DNA of 64,000 nt from positions 248,001-312,000 of IMG/VR virus record IMGVR_UViG_3300031884_000002; one strand, written 5' to 3'. A program made the position numbers and the translations under genes. Shown one piece after another: positions 50,001 to 58,264 of this stretch. Within the stretch, counting starts at the first letter, position 1. Each line of letters begins with the position of its first letter. Below the pieces are notes generated by a model, which saw only the letters and a list, made by a program, of their open reading frames with translations, ran no database searches and was not told where the DNA came from.

Positions 50001-51294
50001 CAACTGTTACATCATATACATCTATTTCTCCGACATATTCTATGGATTTTACTTTATGATTTAATTTAGTAAAAATCTCTTGTTTAAACGATTTCCAGTT
50101 ATGATTGTTAGATTTTAATCGATTGGTTATAAGTGATATATCACAATGTAAATATTTAGATACTTCTTTAAGATTTAATTTTCCATAATTTCTATAATAC
50201 TCAAAAGATTGCTCTTTTATTATATCAAATGTTAATTCGTCTCTATAATTTGGATTTTTTCCTAAATTATAATTTCTGGTTTTACAATATGTTTTTAATG
50301 ATTTAGAACGTACTTCATTAGATTCTTTCGTATGTATTTTTCCATAAAATGGATTATTAGTTCCAGATCTTTCACCATTCCAATGATGAAACTTTCTATT
50401 TTTATATCCTTCGGAAGAATGTATTTTTTCTAATGTTTTTTGTTTATTTTCAAACGACCACATTTTATCAGTTACTAATTTAATATGATATTGTTTATGT
50501 GCTGTTTTATCCATTATAACTAAATTATCCGGCATATTATATGATGGATTGAACTGTTGATGATGAACCACTTCATTATCTTTGAGAGGTCTATTAAATT
50601 GTTCTGCTATTACATTGTGTTCTGGTTGCCATCCTTTTGAAAAATTATAAACATGCCTATATCCTTTGTTATAAAAATCTTTTTGATAAAACGGCATTAT
50701 AGAGTCCCCTACTTTTATATCTTCTAATTTTTTATAATCTCCATTTCTCATTAAGAACGGATGTCCTCCGCTTGCTATTATATATTTACCCTTTTCAAAT
50801 GTTAATTTCCATGCTTTTAATTTTCCTCCATCTTTTTTTCTTGGATGATATGCATTTCCCAATTTTATAGAGTTTGATTCGTGGTCATAAGAATAAACAT
50901 AAAATCTTTCTTGTGGTTTATTTTTATATTTTTCAGCCAACTCTGCTATTGTAGGATACGTTCCATCTGGCAGTGGAATGATAGTTTCTCCTGCCACACA
51001 TTGATAATCCCTAAACATTTCAATACGAGCCGCTTGATAAGATAATGAAAAGTCTCTAGAATATGCATTATACGCAGTTGAACGAATACGATTAAATCTA
51101 TCTCGGAGAGAGTTTCTATCTCCTGCCATCATCGAATGGTCGGTGTCTTTAACAATTAATTGTTTTCCACCGACATTTCTAACTATTGTTTCTGATGAGA
51201 ATAAAGTTTTTAACCGAGCATATAAAGATTGTTTCTTTATATCTACGATATCATCGTTAATTGAATTTGGTCTATTTATTTGGTTAAGTGCCAT
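47032..51294 (-). CDS. gp20: portal protein (T4 gp20-like) precursor with two inteins
   Basis: [68 protein letters not shown]; spliced product 696 aa. Confidence 0.95.
   Translation of the reverse strand: [1420 protein letters not shown]
48775..49902 (-). mobile_element. intein 2 (376 aa) with HNH homing endonuclease
   Basis: starts [10 protein letters not shown], block B CTSNH, ends AYDL..FTHN followed by Cys; internal [20 protein letters not shown]. Confidence 0.92.
49957..51000 (-). mobile_element. intein 1 (348 aa) with HNH homing endonuclease
   Basis: starts [10 protein letters not shown], ends VYDVTV..NF..VFSHN followed by Thr; internal EHNVIA..VVHH..N..PDNL and NUMOD3. Confidence 0.92.
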
Positions 51295-51343
51295 CGTATT
51301 ATCTTTCTATTATTATATAAATATATCTATACATTGTCTAAAA

Positions 51344-52957
51344 TTAACCAATTAGCCATTTTAATGACTCAACTTCATTGTTTATACCGCCCGTTTTCAT
51401 ACTCCATGGATCATTTGGCATGTTTCTTTGATTATTATGATATACTGGAACGTTGTCAATTTTTGCTTGTCTAAAATGGTCAAGAGATGACCTAGTTAAA
51501 TCTATTCCTTTTTGTCTAAGTAATAATGCAGTATCTCTTATCCACAGTCCAATACATAAACTCATGACTAAATCATCGTTATAACCTTGCATTGCTTGTG
51601 CCTTGAAGTTTTTCCAAATGAAAGTTTCCAATTCTGATAAGGTTCTGGCGGAATATATTTTAATTTCTTTTTCCGACATATATCTGCGAAGGTAATCTAT
51701 CATCACAGGTCGAGTTTTCATAGATGTTGAAAATCCTGCCGTTGATTTTTTTTCTTCTGCATTATATCTATTAGAATGCTGATGTTCTGGGTCAACATAT
51801 TTTAAATCATCCGTCATATAAAATAAGTTTGAATATTTTCTATTTATAACTTGTTGAATAACTGCCCATCCCGTATTTTCACGTTCAATTACTAATAATG
51901 CAGTGTTGTATTCCGCCGCAAGATTTACTAACATATTTCCATATTCTGTAGTTCCTATTTGACCTTTATATTCGGCACATTGTTCTAACGATACCGCATC
52001 TAAAACATGACATGCTTGATAATCTCCACCATCTCCACGAGCTGTATCGGCTGATAAAATATAAGATTTATCATAATTGGGTTCTTTCCAATACCACAAA
52101 CATCGGTCACTTAGTCGTTTATCATATGGGTCAGTTCTAATATGTTTTTTATAATATTCTATCAATTCTAGAGCTATAACGTTATCTCCGGATGCTAACC
52201 AATCACAATCACATTCCTGACCTGCTAATGATGCTCCCAATTCCTTTGTTTGAGCGTCTCTCCATGCTTGATTTCTCTCTGGGTGTAAATCCCACGGAAG
52301 CCTAATAGGATTAAAATTATTTCTTTTTTCACTCGCATCGCACCACATTCTATGGAAAAAGTTTCCATATCCATTGGGAGTTGATAAAATAATAGAATTA
52401 CCACCCGTTGACAATGTACTCCAAGATGAAGCCCAAATATCATCTATGTTTTCAATAAATGCGGCTTCATCAATAATAAGAAGATATACTGCCATAGAAC
52501 GACCAGCATCACCACTGGATGATACTGCTCTTATATGTGATCCATTTTTAAATTTTAATGATAATCGATTATCTTCAATGCATGGTATTTTTAACCAAAC
52601 CGGCAAATTATCATTTGCAAATCTAACTTTTGAAATTAACTCTTTCGAAACTTCTTGTTTAATCGAAATAATAAGAATATTCTTATCTTTATTGAATATC
52701 ATTACCCATAATGAATATGCCGCCACTAATGTAGAGATACCCATTTGACGAGATTTTAAAACTATATTAAACTTATTATCGGCAAATTGTTTAAGCGTAT
52801 CTTCCTGAAATGGAAATAATTCAAATTTTAAGGTTCCTTTTATTTGATGTTGTATCTTTACATAATTTTTCATGAAATATACAGGAGACGCTGCACATTT
52901 GGCATATTCTTCCGCTACTATTTCTTGTAATGTTTTCTTTTTTGCTGGCTCACTCAT
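51344..52957 (-). CDS. gp17: terminase large subunit (T4 gp17-like)
   Basis: LFPFQ, KSRQMGIST, LIIDEAAF, LSTPNG, ADTARG, DDLVMS. Confidence 0.95.
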   Translation of the reverse strand: MSEPAKKKTLQEIVAEEYAKCAASPVYFMKNYVKIQHQIKGTLKFELFPFQEDTLKQFADNKFNIVLKSRQMGISTLVAAYSLWVMIFNKDKNILIISIKQEVSKELISKVRFANDNLPVWLKIPCIEDNRLSLKFKNGSHIRAVSSSGDAGRSMAVYLLIIDEAAFIENIDDIWASSWSTLSTGGNSIILSTPNGYGNFFHRMWCDASEKRNNFNPIRLPWDLHPERNQAWRDAQTKELGASLAGQECDCDWLASGDNVIALELIEYYKKHIRTDPYDKRLSDRCLWYWKEPNYDKSYILSADTARGDGGDYQACHVLDAVSLEQCAEYKGQIGTTEYGNMLVNLAAEYNTALLVIERENTGWAVIQQVINRKYSNLFYMTDDLKYVDPEHQHSNRYNAEEKKSTAGFSTSMKTRPVMIDYLRRYMSEKEIKIYSARTLSELETFIWKNFKAQAMQGYNDDLVMSLCIGLWIRDTALLLRQKGIDLTRSSLDHFRQAKIDNVPVYHNNQRNMPNDPWSMKTGGINNEVESLKWLIG

Positions 52958-53616
52958 ATCGTATCTAATTTATATTGTTTACATAACTTAGCATACTCTT
53001 TTTTATTTTCTGCTTTTATTTTTGTGGCTTCCTTAATAAGTTTCAATACTTTTTTTAAATCCGATTTAGAATCGGCTAATATTTTATCTTTATTAGTATT
53101 TACCCATACCGCATCGTAACCAACTCCATCTTCACAGGGAAGTTTTACATCTCCATTGTCATTAGTAAAATATTCAACTATCTCTTTTAATTTTTCTTTG
53201 CTATCTTTCAAATCTCCAAGTGCATAAGATGATAATTTATATTTTTCATATACATCCCATGCCCCTACAATTCTCAATTTGGTTTCATAATCTATCAAAC
53301 AATTTTCACATAATCCGGTTCGATTGAAAAAATATTCATCTCGTTTAGTTCCCCATTTAATGTTTAATTTACATTTACAGATTTTATTTCCAATGGCTTC
53401 TCTAATTATGTCTCCTTGGGTCTTGGTTAATTTAACTATTTTGCCATTTTCTTTTCTATATTTAATGTCGTTATGGTCTATCCATTCTTCCCCTTCTTTT
53501 CTAAACTTATCTTTTTCTGCTATGTGATTAGATACTTTAATCTCTGTCTTTTCTCCTTTTTGCCATTTTTTAATGACTTCGATGTTACCCATTGATTTAT
53601 GTAATTTTATAGCCAT
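52954..53616 (-). CDS. hypothetical protein upstream of terminase
   Basis: 220 aa; RKEGEEW.D, CxC and CxxC; ATGA-coupled to terL. Confidence 0.65.
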   Translation of the reverse strand: MAIKLHKSMGNIEVIKKWQKGEKTEIKVSNHIAEKDKFRKEGEEWIDHNDIKYRKENGKIVKLTKTQGDIIREAIGNKICKCKLNIKWGTKRDEYFFNRTGLCENCLIDYETKLRIVGAWDVYEKYKLSSYALGDLKDSKEKLKEIVEYFTNDNGDVKLPCEDGVGYDAVWVNTNKDKILADSKSDLKKVLKLIKEATKIKAENKKEYAKLCKQYKLDTI

Positions 53617-53619
53617 AAC

Positions 53620-53790
53620 TTATTTTTTGATTTTTAATTTTTCCCACTGTTTAAGGTTATTTGATTTCCAAAGAAGATATTCTTTTTTAAGATGGAAATA
53701 ACATGATTCTGGAACCATAATTGAAAAATACCGCCAGCCATCGCTTTCTTTTAATTTTCTATATTTTGATTGGTATTCTTTATTTGCCAT
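53620..53790 (-). CDS. small basic hypothetical protein (56 aa)
   Basis: MANKEYQSKYRKLKESDGWRYFSIMVPE...; TATTTATA 4 nt upstream; not in the ORF track. Confidence 0.55.
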   Translation of the reverse strand: MANKEYQSKYRKLKESDGWRYFSIMVPESCYFHLKKEYLLWKSNNLKQWEKLKIKK

Positions 53791-53874
53791 CTCTTATAAA
53801 TAGCGTTAAAAACACTAAATAACACTAAAATAAACTAATTATGTTAATATAAGATAATAATATATTTATATAAT

Positions 53875-54750
53875 ATGATTAGTTTAAAACAATTATTAGA
53901 AGGAATATCGTATCTATCAAATACTAATAAACTGAATTTTAGTTTTGATAGTGATTTTCCAGCACCCGACGATAATTTAATATACTTGAAACCAAATAGA
54001 AGAAATTCTAGGTTATATAATATAAAAGGATTTAAAATTTTTTATGGATATTATTTCAATCGAAATTTTACTCCTAATAAACCTTCGTATTTTAAACCAA
54101 ATAATACACAATCTATAAATGATGCAAGAACAACAATAAAACACGTTGATATTAAAAAAATATATATGTTTAATGGGATGGATTCTGCTGGAAATTATAC
54201 ATGGACTAGGGATGAATCTCCAATTATAAAAATGATAGATTTAGCAATTGAACGATTTTCTGAATTGGTAGATTTAAACTCATTTACATCCATCATATCG
54301 GCTCCTTCTAGTTCTCGGTTGAATGATTTAATATTAGATAGATTTCAAATGAGTGTTGGAACCCATATAATTACAAAAAATGCACTTCAAAAAAATGAAA
54401 TAAATCAAATTGCATATTTTATGGATGAATATAATAAATTAAGCGATGACGGTAAGCGAAAATTTCACTCTGTAAAAAACGGAATTGTTAAAAAAACAGG
54501 AACATTTGAAATGAAACACGTCCCTCCTACTATGCGAAGTTTATTCCATAATTTTATATCATTGAAACAAAATAATCAAAAAGAATCTATTAAAATAGCA
54601 AATAAAATATCAAATGGAAAAGTTTTAATAATAGACGATACTATAGGAACTGGTGGAACATTTTTAGAAATAGTTAGAGAAATAAAACCATTAAAACCAA
54701 AAGAAATATATTTATTTGGACTTTTGCAAGATTATTATTATAGTGTATAA
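53875..54750 (+). CDS. type I phosphoribosyltransferase-fold protein
   Basis: PRPP-binding motif KVLIIDDTIGTGGT; APSSS loop; MISLKQLLE leader. Confidence 0.8.
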   Translation: MISLKQLLEGISYLSNTNKLNFSFDSDFPAPDDNLIYLKPNRRNSRLYNIKGFKIFYGYYFNRNFTPNKPSYFKPNNTQSINDARTTIKHVDIKKIYMFNGMDSAGNYTWTRDESPIIKMIDLAIERFSELVDLNSFTSIISAPSSSRLNDLILDRFQMSVGTHIITKNALQKNEINQIAYFMDEYNKLSDDGKRKFHSVKNGIVKKTGTFEMKHVPPTMRSLFHNFISLKQNNQKESIKIANKISNGKVLIIDDTIGTGGTFLEIVREIKPLKPKEIYLFGLLQDYYYSV

Positions 54751-54752
54751 AA

Positions 54753-57700
54753 TTATATATGTTTAACTTGAGAGAATCCTCCGATTCGTTTTACCTCTAT
54801 ATTATTTTCTATAATATCTTTGATTTCCGATTGATGGCTAATGATAAAAATACCAGAAAACTTTGATTTTAACATAGAAAATAAAGTATCCATAGATAAT
54901 AAGTTTTCACTATCAAGGACTCCAAATCCCTCATCACACAGAAGAACGTCAGTTCTAACTAAATTGGAAGCCATTATAAGACCAACTCTTATAGCAAACT
55001 CCATTTCAAACCTTTCTGCTCCAGAACACGTTTCAATTACATTCTTTCTATCATCGTAACAGATATATGGAATTATATCTGTTCCGGTATCCTCTAATTT
55101 CAATGTAAAATCAGTAATTTGAGTGAGTATATCATTTACTTCCTTTTCAATGGTAGGAATGGCGTTGCATATAATACGATAGGGAATTCCATCTCGTCCG
55201 ATTGCTTCTATATATTTTTCATAATCATCGAATTGTGCTTCTTTTTCTTTAATATTCTTAATTGTAGTTTTTAGATTTGATATGGTATTTTTAAATACTT
55301 CTGCTTTACCGTATATCTCGGTCATTTTACTATTTTGTTTATTTATAGAAGATTCAATATTATTTGCTTCGGTTTTATAAGTTGATAATGTCTTATTGAT
55401 TGTATTATTATTTTCAACCGAGGTTAGATTTCTATTATATATATCTATTTTCAAACTGGTCGAAGTTAAGTTTTCTTTGTTTTTTGTCAATACATTGTTT
55501 TTATTTAGAATTGAAATTGATAATGACTGAGATATATCTTTTAAAACTCCTTGTTTACTTAATAATTTGGTATATAATTCATATTTTGAAACCACCCATT
55601 TAATATTTTCAAACTCCGATTCTAATTTTTCAAGATTTTCTACTAATTCTTTTGCTATTATTTTATCTTGTTTTAATTGTTCTTTACAACTGGTAGCATC
55701 TTTTACAAACGCATTATCATTACAGAACTTACAATTTGGGTCGTATTTGTGATTTTTAAGTTTATCTACTTTGTCTAATTTTCCTTTAATTTCTATTTTT
55801 TTATCGTTCATTTTCTTTTTTGCCGCAGAAATTTTATCAACGATTGATTTATATTTTTTATGATTCTCTATTAAATCTAATTTTTCAATTTTAGACACGC
55901 TTTTTTCTACCATCCTAATATAACGCTCATATCTTGATGATTTATGTTTTAGAAATGAAATATCCGATGTTAATTGATTAATAGCTGATTCCAATTTTGA
56001 TTTTTCGATTGTTAGTGAACTTATATCAGTCGGAATATTAAAATCCAATTTAACCAATTTTGATGCCTCTTCCTGTATTTTATTATTGATATTATCTAAT
56101 TCTAATTTTGATGATTTTGTTTCGTCTATTAGTTTATTGTATAATTCATTGGCATAAGCTAATGCATTTTCATTTTGAAGTAGGTCAGTTTGATAATCCT
56201 TTCCTTTGTGTAATTTTAATTCAATGTTTAATTCTTTCCTATTTTCAGTTGCCACACCGCATAATTTATCAAATACATCAATTCCTATAAACTTTACTAA
56301 CATATCTTTCCGGTCACTATTCCCCATATCTATGAATGCTAAATTATTTTTTCCAAATTGAAAATAAGCAGATGTTAAAATAAAATCATCAAATGTTCCA
56401 ATATGATTTCGTATAATTTCATTTGTATCACTTCTTTCCGTTCCATTTAATTCTATTTTTTCATCATTTTCCAATTTCCAGAAATAAACATCCACTTTAA
56501 CTGCTCCTGTCCTTCCGGTGGTTCCAATTCGCTCTATAAAATATCGGATTCCATCAATTTCAATTTCTAATTTGCATTTAAATGATGTTTTTTGATTATT
56601 TATAATATGATTTCCCTTGGATACTCTTGAAGTTTTATCAAATAGTGTAAATAATAAAATCTCGAAAATAGAACTTTTACCGATTTTATTTTTGCCTAAT
56701 ATTCCATATATTCCATTTATATTTTCAAAATTGATACTATTATCCTCTCCATAAGAAAACATGTTTTCCCATTCTAATTTTATGAGTTTGTATCTGGATG
56801 TTTTAGTATGGTCCAAGATTCCGATTTCATTATTAATTTTGCGATTTATATATAAGACACTATCGAGTTTAGTGACCGATATATCAGGTATTATTTCTTT
56901 TAAGTAATCTTCAATTAACTTATTTTGATATTCGACATTGAATATATTTTTAATATTTATATCAGACACTTGTTTATTTGTAGTATCTATATCGGAAGTT
57001 TCTCTGATGTATGAAGTTTCGACTATATTGGATTTTTCTTTTAATTTTGATATTATAGATTTTACTTCGGATGGAATAGTTTCCTTACATATAGTTCTAA
57101 GTCTAACGTTTTTTGGAAGTTTACTAATATCAGTTACTAAATTTCCATGATTTATTTCAATAGTAAAAAATCCATAGTCGTTTGGAATTGTATTATGAAT
57201 ATACGTATTAGTTTCTAAATCCCATAATGAATATCCTTTATTACTTGTTTCTCCGTGATTTTGTTGAATTAAACTACCAGCATATCTTACTGTTGGTTTA
57301 TCATTATTAGAATCATATATTTGTAAATCTTGAGATTTATGAATATCTCCCATTAGAATTAAATGATGATTATCAAACAATGGAAGCATTATATTTGGAT
57401 TATTTAATATGTGTCCCGTATCGGAAATAGATTGGTCGATGGCACCATGAAATAATCCTATGATTCTTTTATATTTGTTTTTATAAACTGACGGAATATT
57501 TTTTCCTAACATGTATTTATCAGGAGAGTCAAACACCGACATATGATTAAATAATATGTCGGCATATCCATATATACCAGAATCTTTTAAATAATATATA
57601 TTATCATTATTTAACATGCTTATGATAGGAGTCAACGCATCCAATCTGTTTTTGTTTTGAACTAAACCGTCGTGATTTCCTGGAATAATAAGGGTTGGAA

Positions 57701-57950
57701 ATATATCAGAACATCCTATAAATAACTCTTTAACTAATTCCAATCCTTCCGGTTCCATTGAAGTTTTTTGATGAAATATATCTCCACATATTACAATTAT
57801 ACTATTATCTACAGGGAGTCCTTTAATCATCTCGAAAAAATTACTAAATACGTGTCTATATTCTTCTATACGTGAGTTATTTCTACAATGGATATCCGCC
57901 ATATGGACGATGTATTTAATATCGTGTTGATTTGTTTTTAATATATTCAT
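54753..57950 (-). CDS. fused SbcD-SbcC (Mre11-Rad50; T4 gp47-gp46-like) recombination nuclease/ATPase
   Basis: ADIH, GDIFH, PGNHD, FHG, GDIH, YAGS; Walker A GKNKIGKSS, hook CKFC, signature SGAE, Walker B DEGFG.LD, ISH. Confidence 0.93.
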   Translation of the reverse strand: MNILKTNQHDIKYIVHMADIHCRNNSRIEEYRHVFSNFFEMIKGLPVDNSIIVICGDIFHQKTSMEPEGLELVKELFIGCSDIFPTLIIPGNHDGLVQNKNRLDALTPIISMLNNDNIYYLKDSGIYGYADILFNHMSVFDSPDKYMLGKNIPSVYKNKYKRIIGLFHGAIDQSISDTGHILNNPNIMLPLFDNHHLILMGDIHKSQDLQIYDSNNDKPTVRYAGSLIQQNHGETSNKGYSLWDLETNTYIHNTIPNDYGFFTIEINHGNLVTDISKLPKNVRLRTICKETIPSEVKSIISKLKEKSNIVETSYIRETSDIDTTNKQVSDINIKNIFNVEYQNKLIEDYLKEIIPDISVTKLDSVLYINRKINNEIGILDHTKTSRYKLIKLEWENMFSYGEDNSINFENINGIYGILGKNKIGKSSIFEILLFTLFDKTSRVSKGNHIINNQKTSFKCKLEIEIDGIRYFIERIGTTGRTGAVKVDVYFWKLENDEKIELNGTERSDTNEIIRNHIGTFDDFILTSAYFQFGKNNLAFIDMGNSDRKDMLVKFIGIDVFDKLCGVATENRKELNIELKLHKGKDYQTDLLQNENALAYANELYNKLIDETKSSKLELDNINNKIQEEASKLVKLDFNIPTDISSLTIEKSKLESAINQLTSDISFLKHKSSRYERYIRMVEKSVSKIEKLDLIENHKKYKSIVDKISAAKKKMNDKKIEIKGKLDKVDKLKNHKYDPNCKFCNDNAFVKDATSCKEQLKQDKIIAKELVENLEKLESEFENIKWVVSKYELYTKLLSKQGVLKDISQSLSISILNKNNVLTKNKENLTSTSLKIDIYNRNLTSVENNNTINKTLSTYKTEANNIESSINKQNSKMTEIYGKAEVFKNTISNLKTTIKNIKEKEAQFDDYEKYIEAIGRDGIPYRIICNAIPTIEKEVNDILTQITDFTLKLEDTGTDIIPYICYDDRKNVIETCSGAERFEMEFAIRVGLIMASNLVRTDVLLCDEGFGVLDSENLLSMDTLFSMLKSKFSGIFIISHQSEIKDIIENNIEVKRIGGFSQVKHI

Positions 57951-58264
57951 AAATTAAGCAGTATAATTCCTATAATAGACTAAATAATTCCTATAAATTG
58001 TAAGTTGGTTATATGTTCCTTGAAAATTACCAATCCTAAAAATATAGTGGATAATGATGCTAAAATATTCCACATACTTCCAGTAGTAGATAGATTTTTT
58101 CCATAGTAAATTGCTGGCAACCAACCTATAGTTCCTATTAAATATGATATACATACTATAATTGCTAATTTTATATTAGGAGATATAGAAAATAATTTAG
58201 AATAATATTCTCCTATTATAAAAAAAATGGATGATATTATCAAATATAATATTGGTTGTCTCAT
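57947..58264 (-). CDS. SMR/DMT-family small membrane transporter interrupted by an in-frame TAG (57980-57982)
   Basis: four hydrophobic segments, E..SK, W, GLVIFKE.I; after the TAG the frame continues SIIGIILLNL-TGA, overlapping the next ATG. Confidence 0.7.

Noticed and set aside
52954-53616. Terminase small subunit by position
   Set aside because: No recognisable gp16 motifs; left as hypothetical
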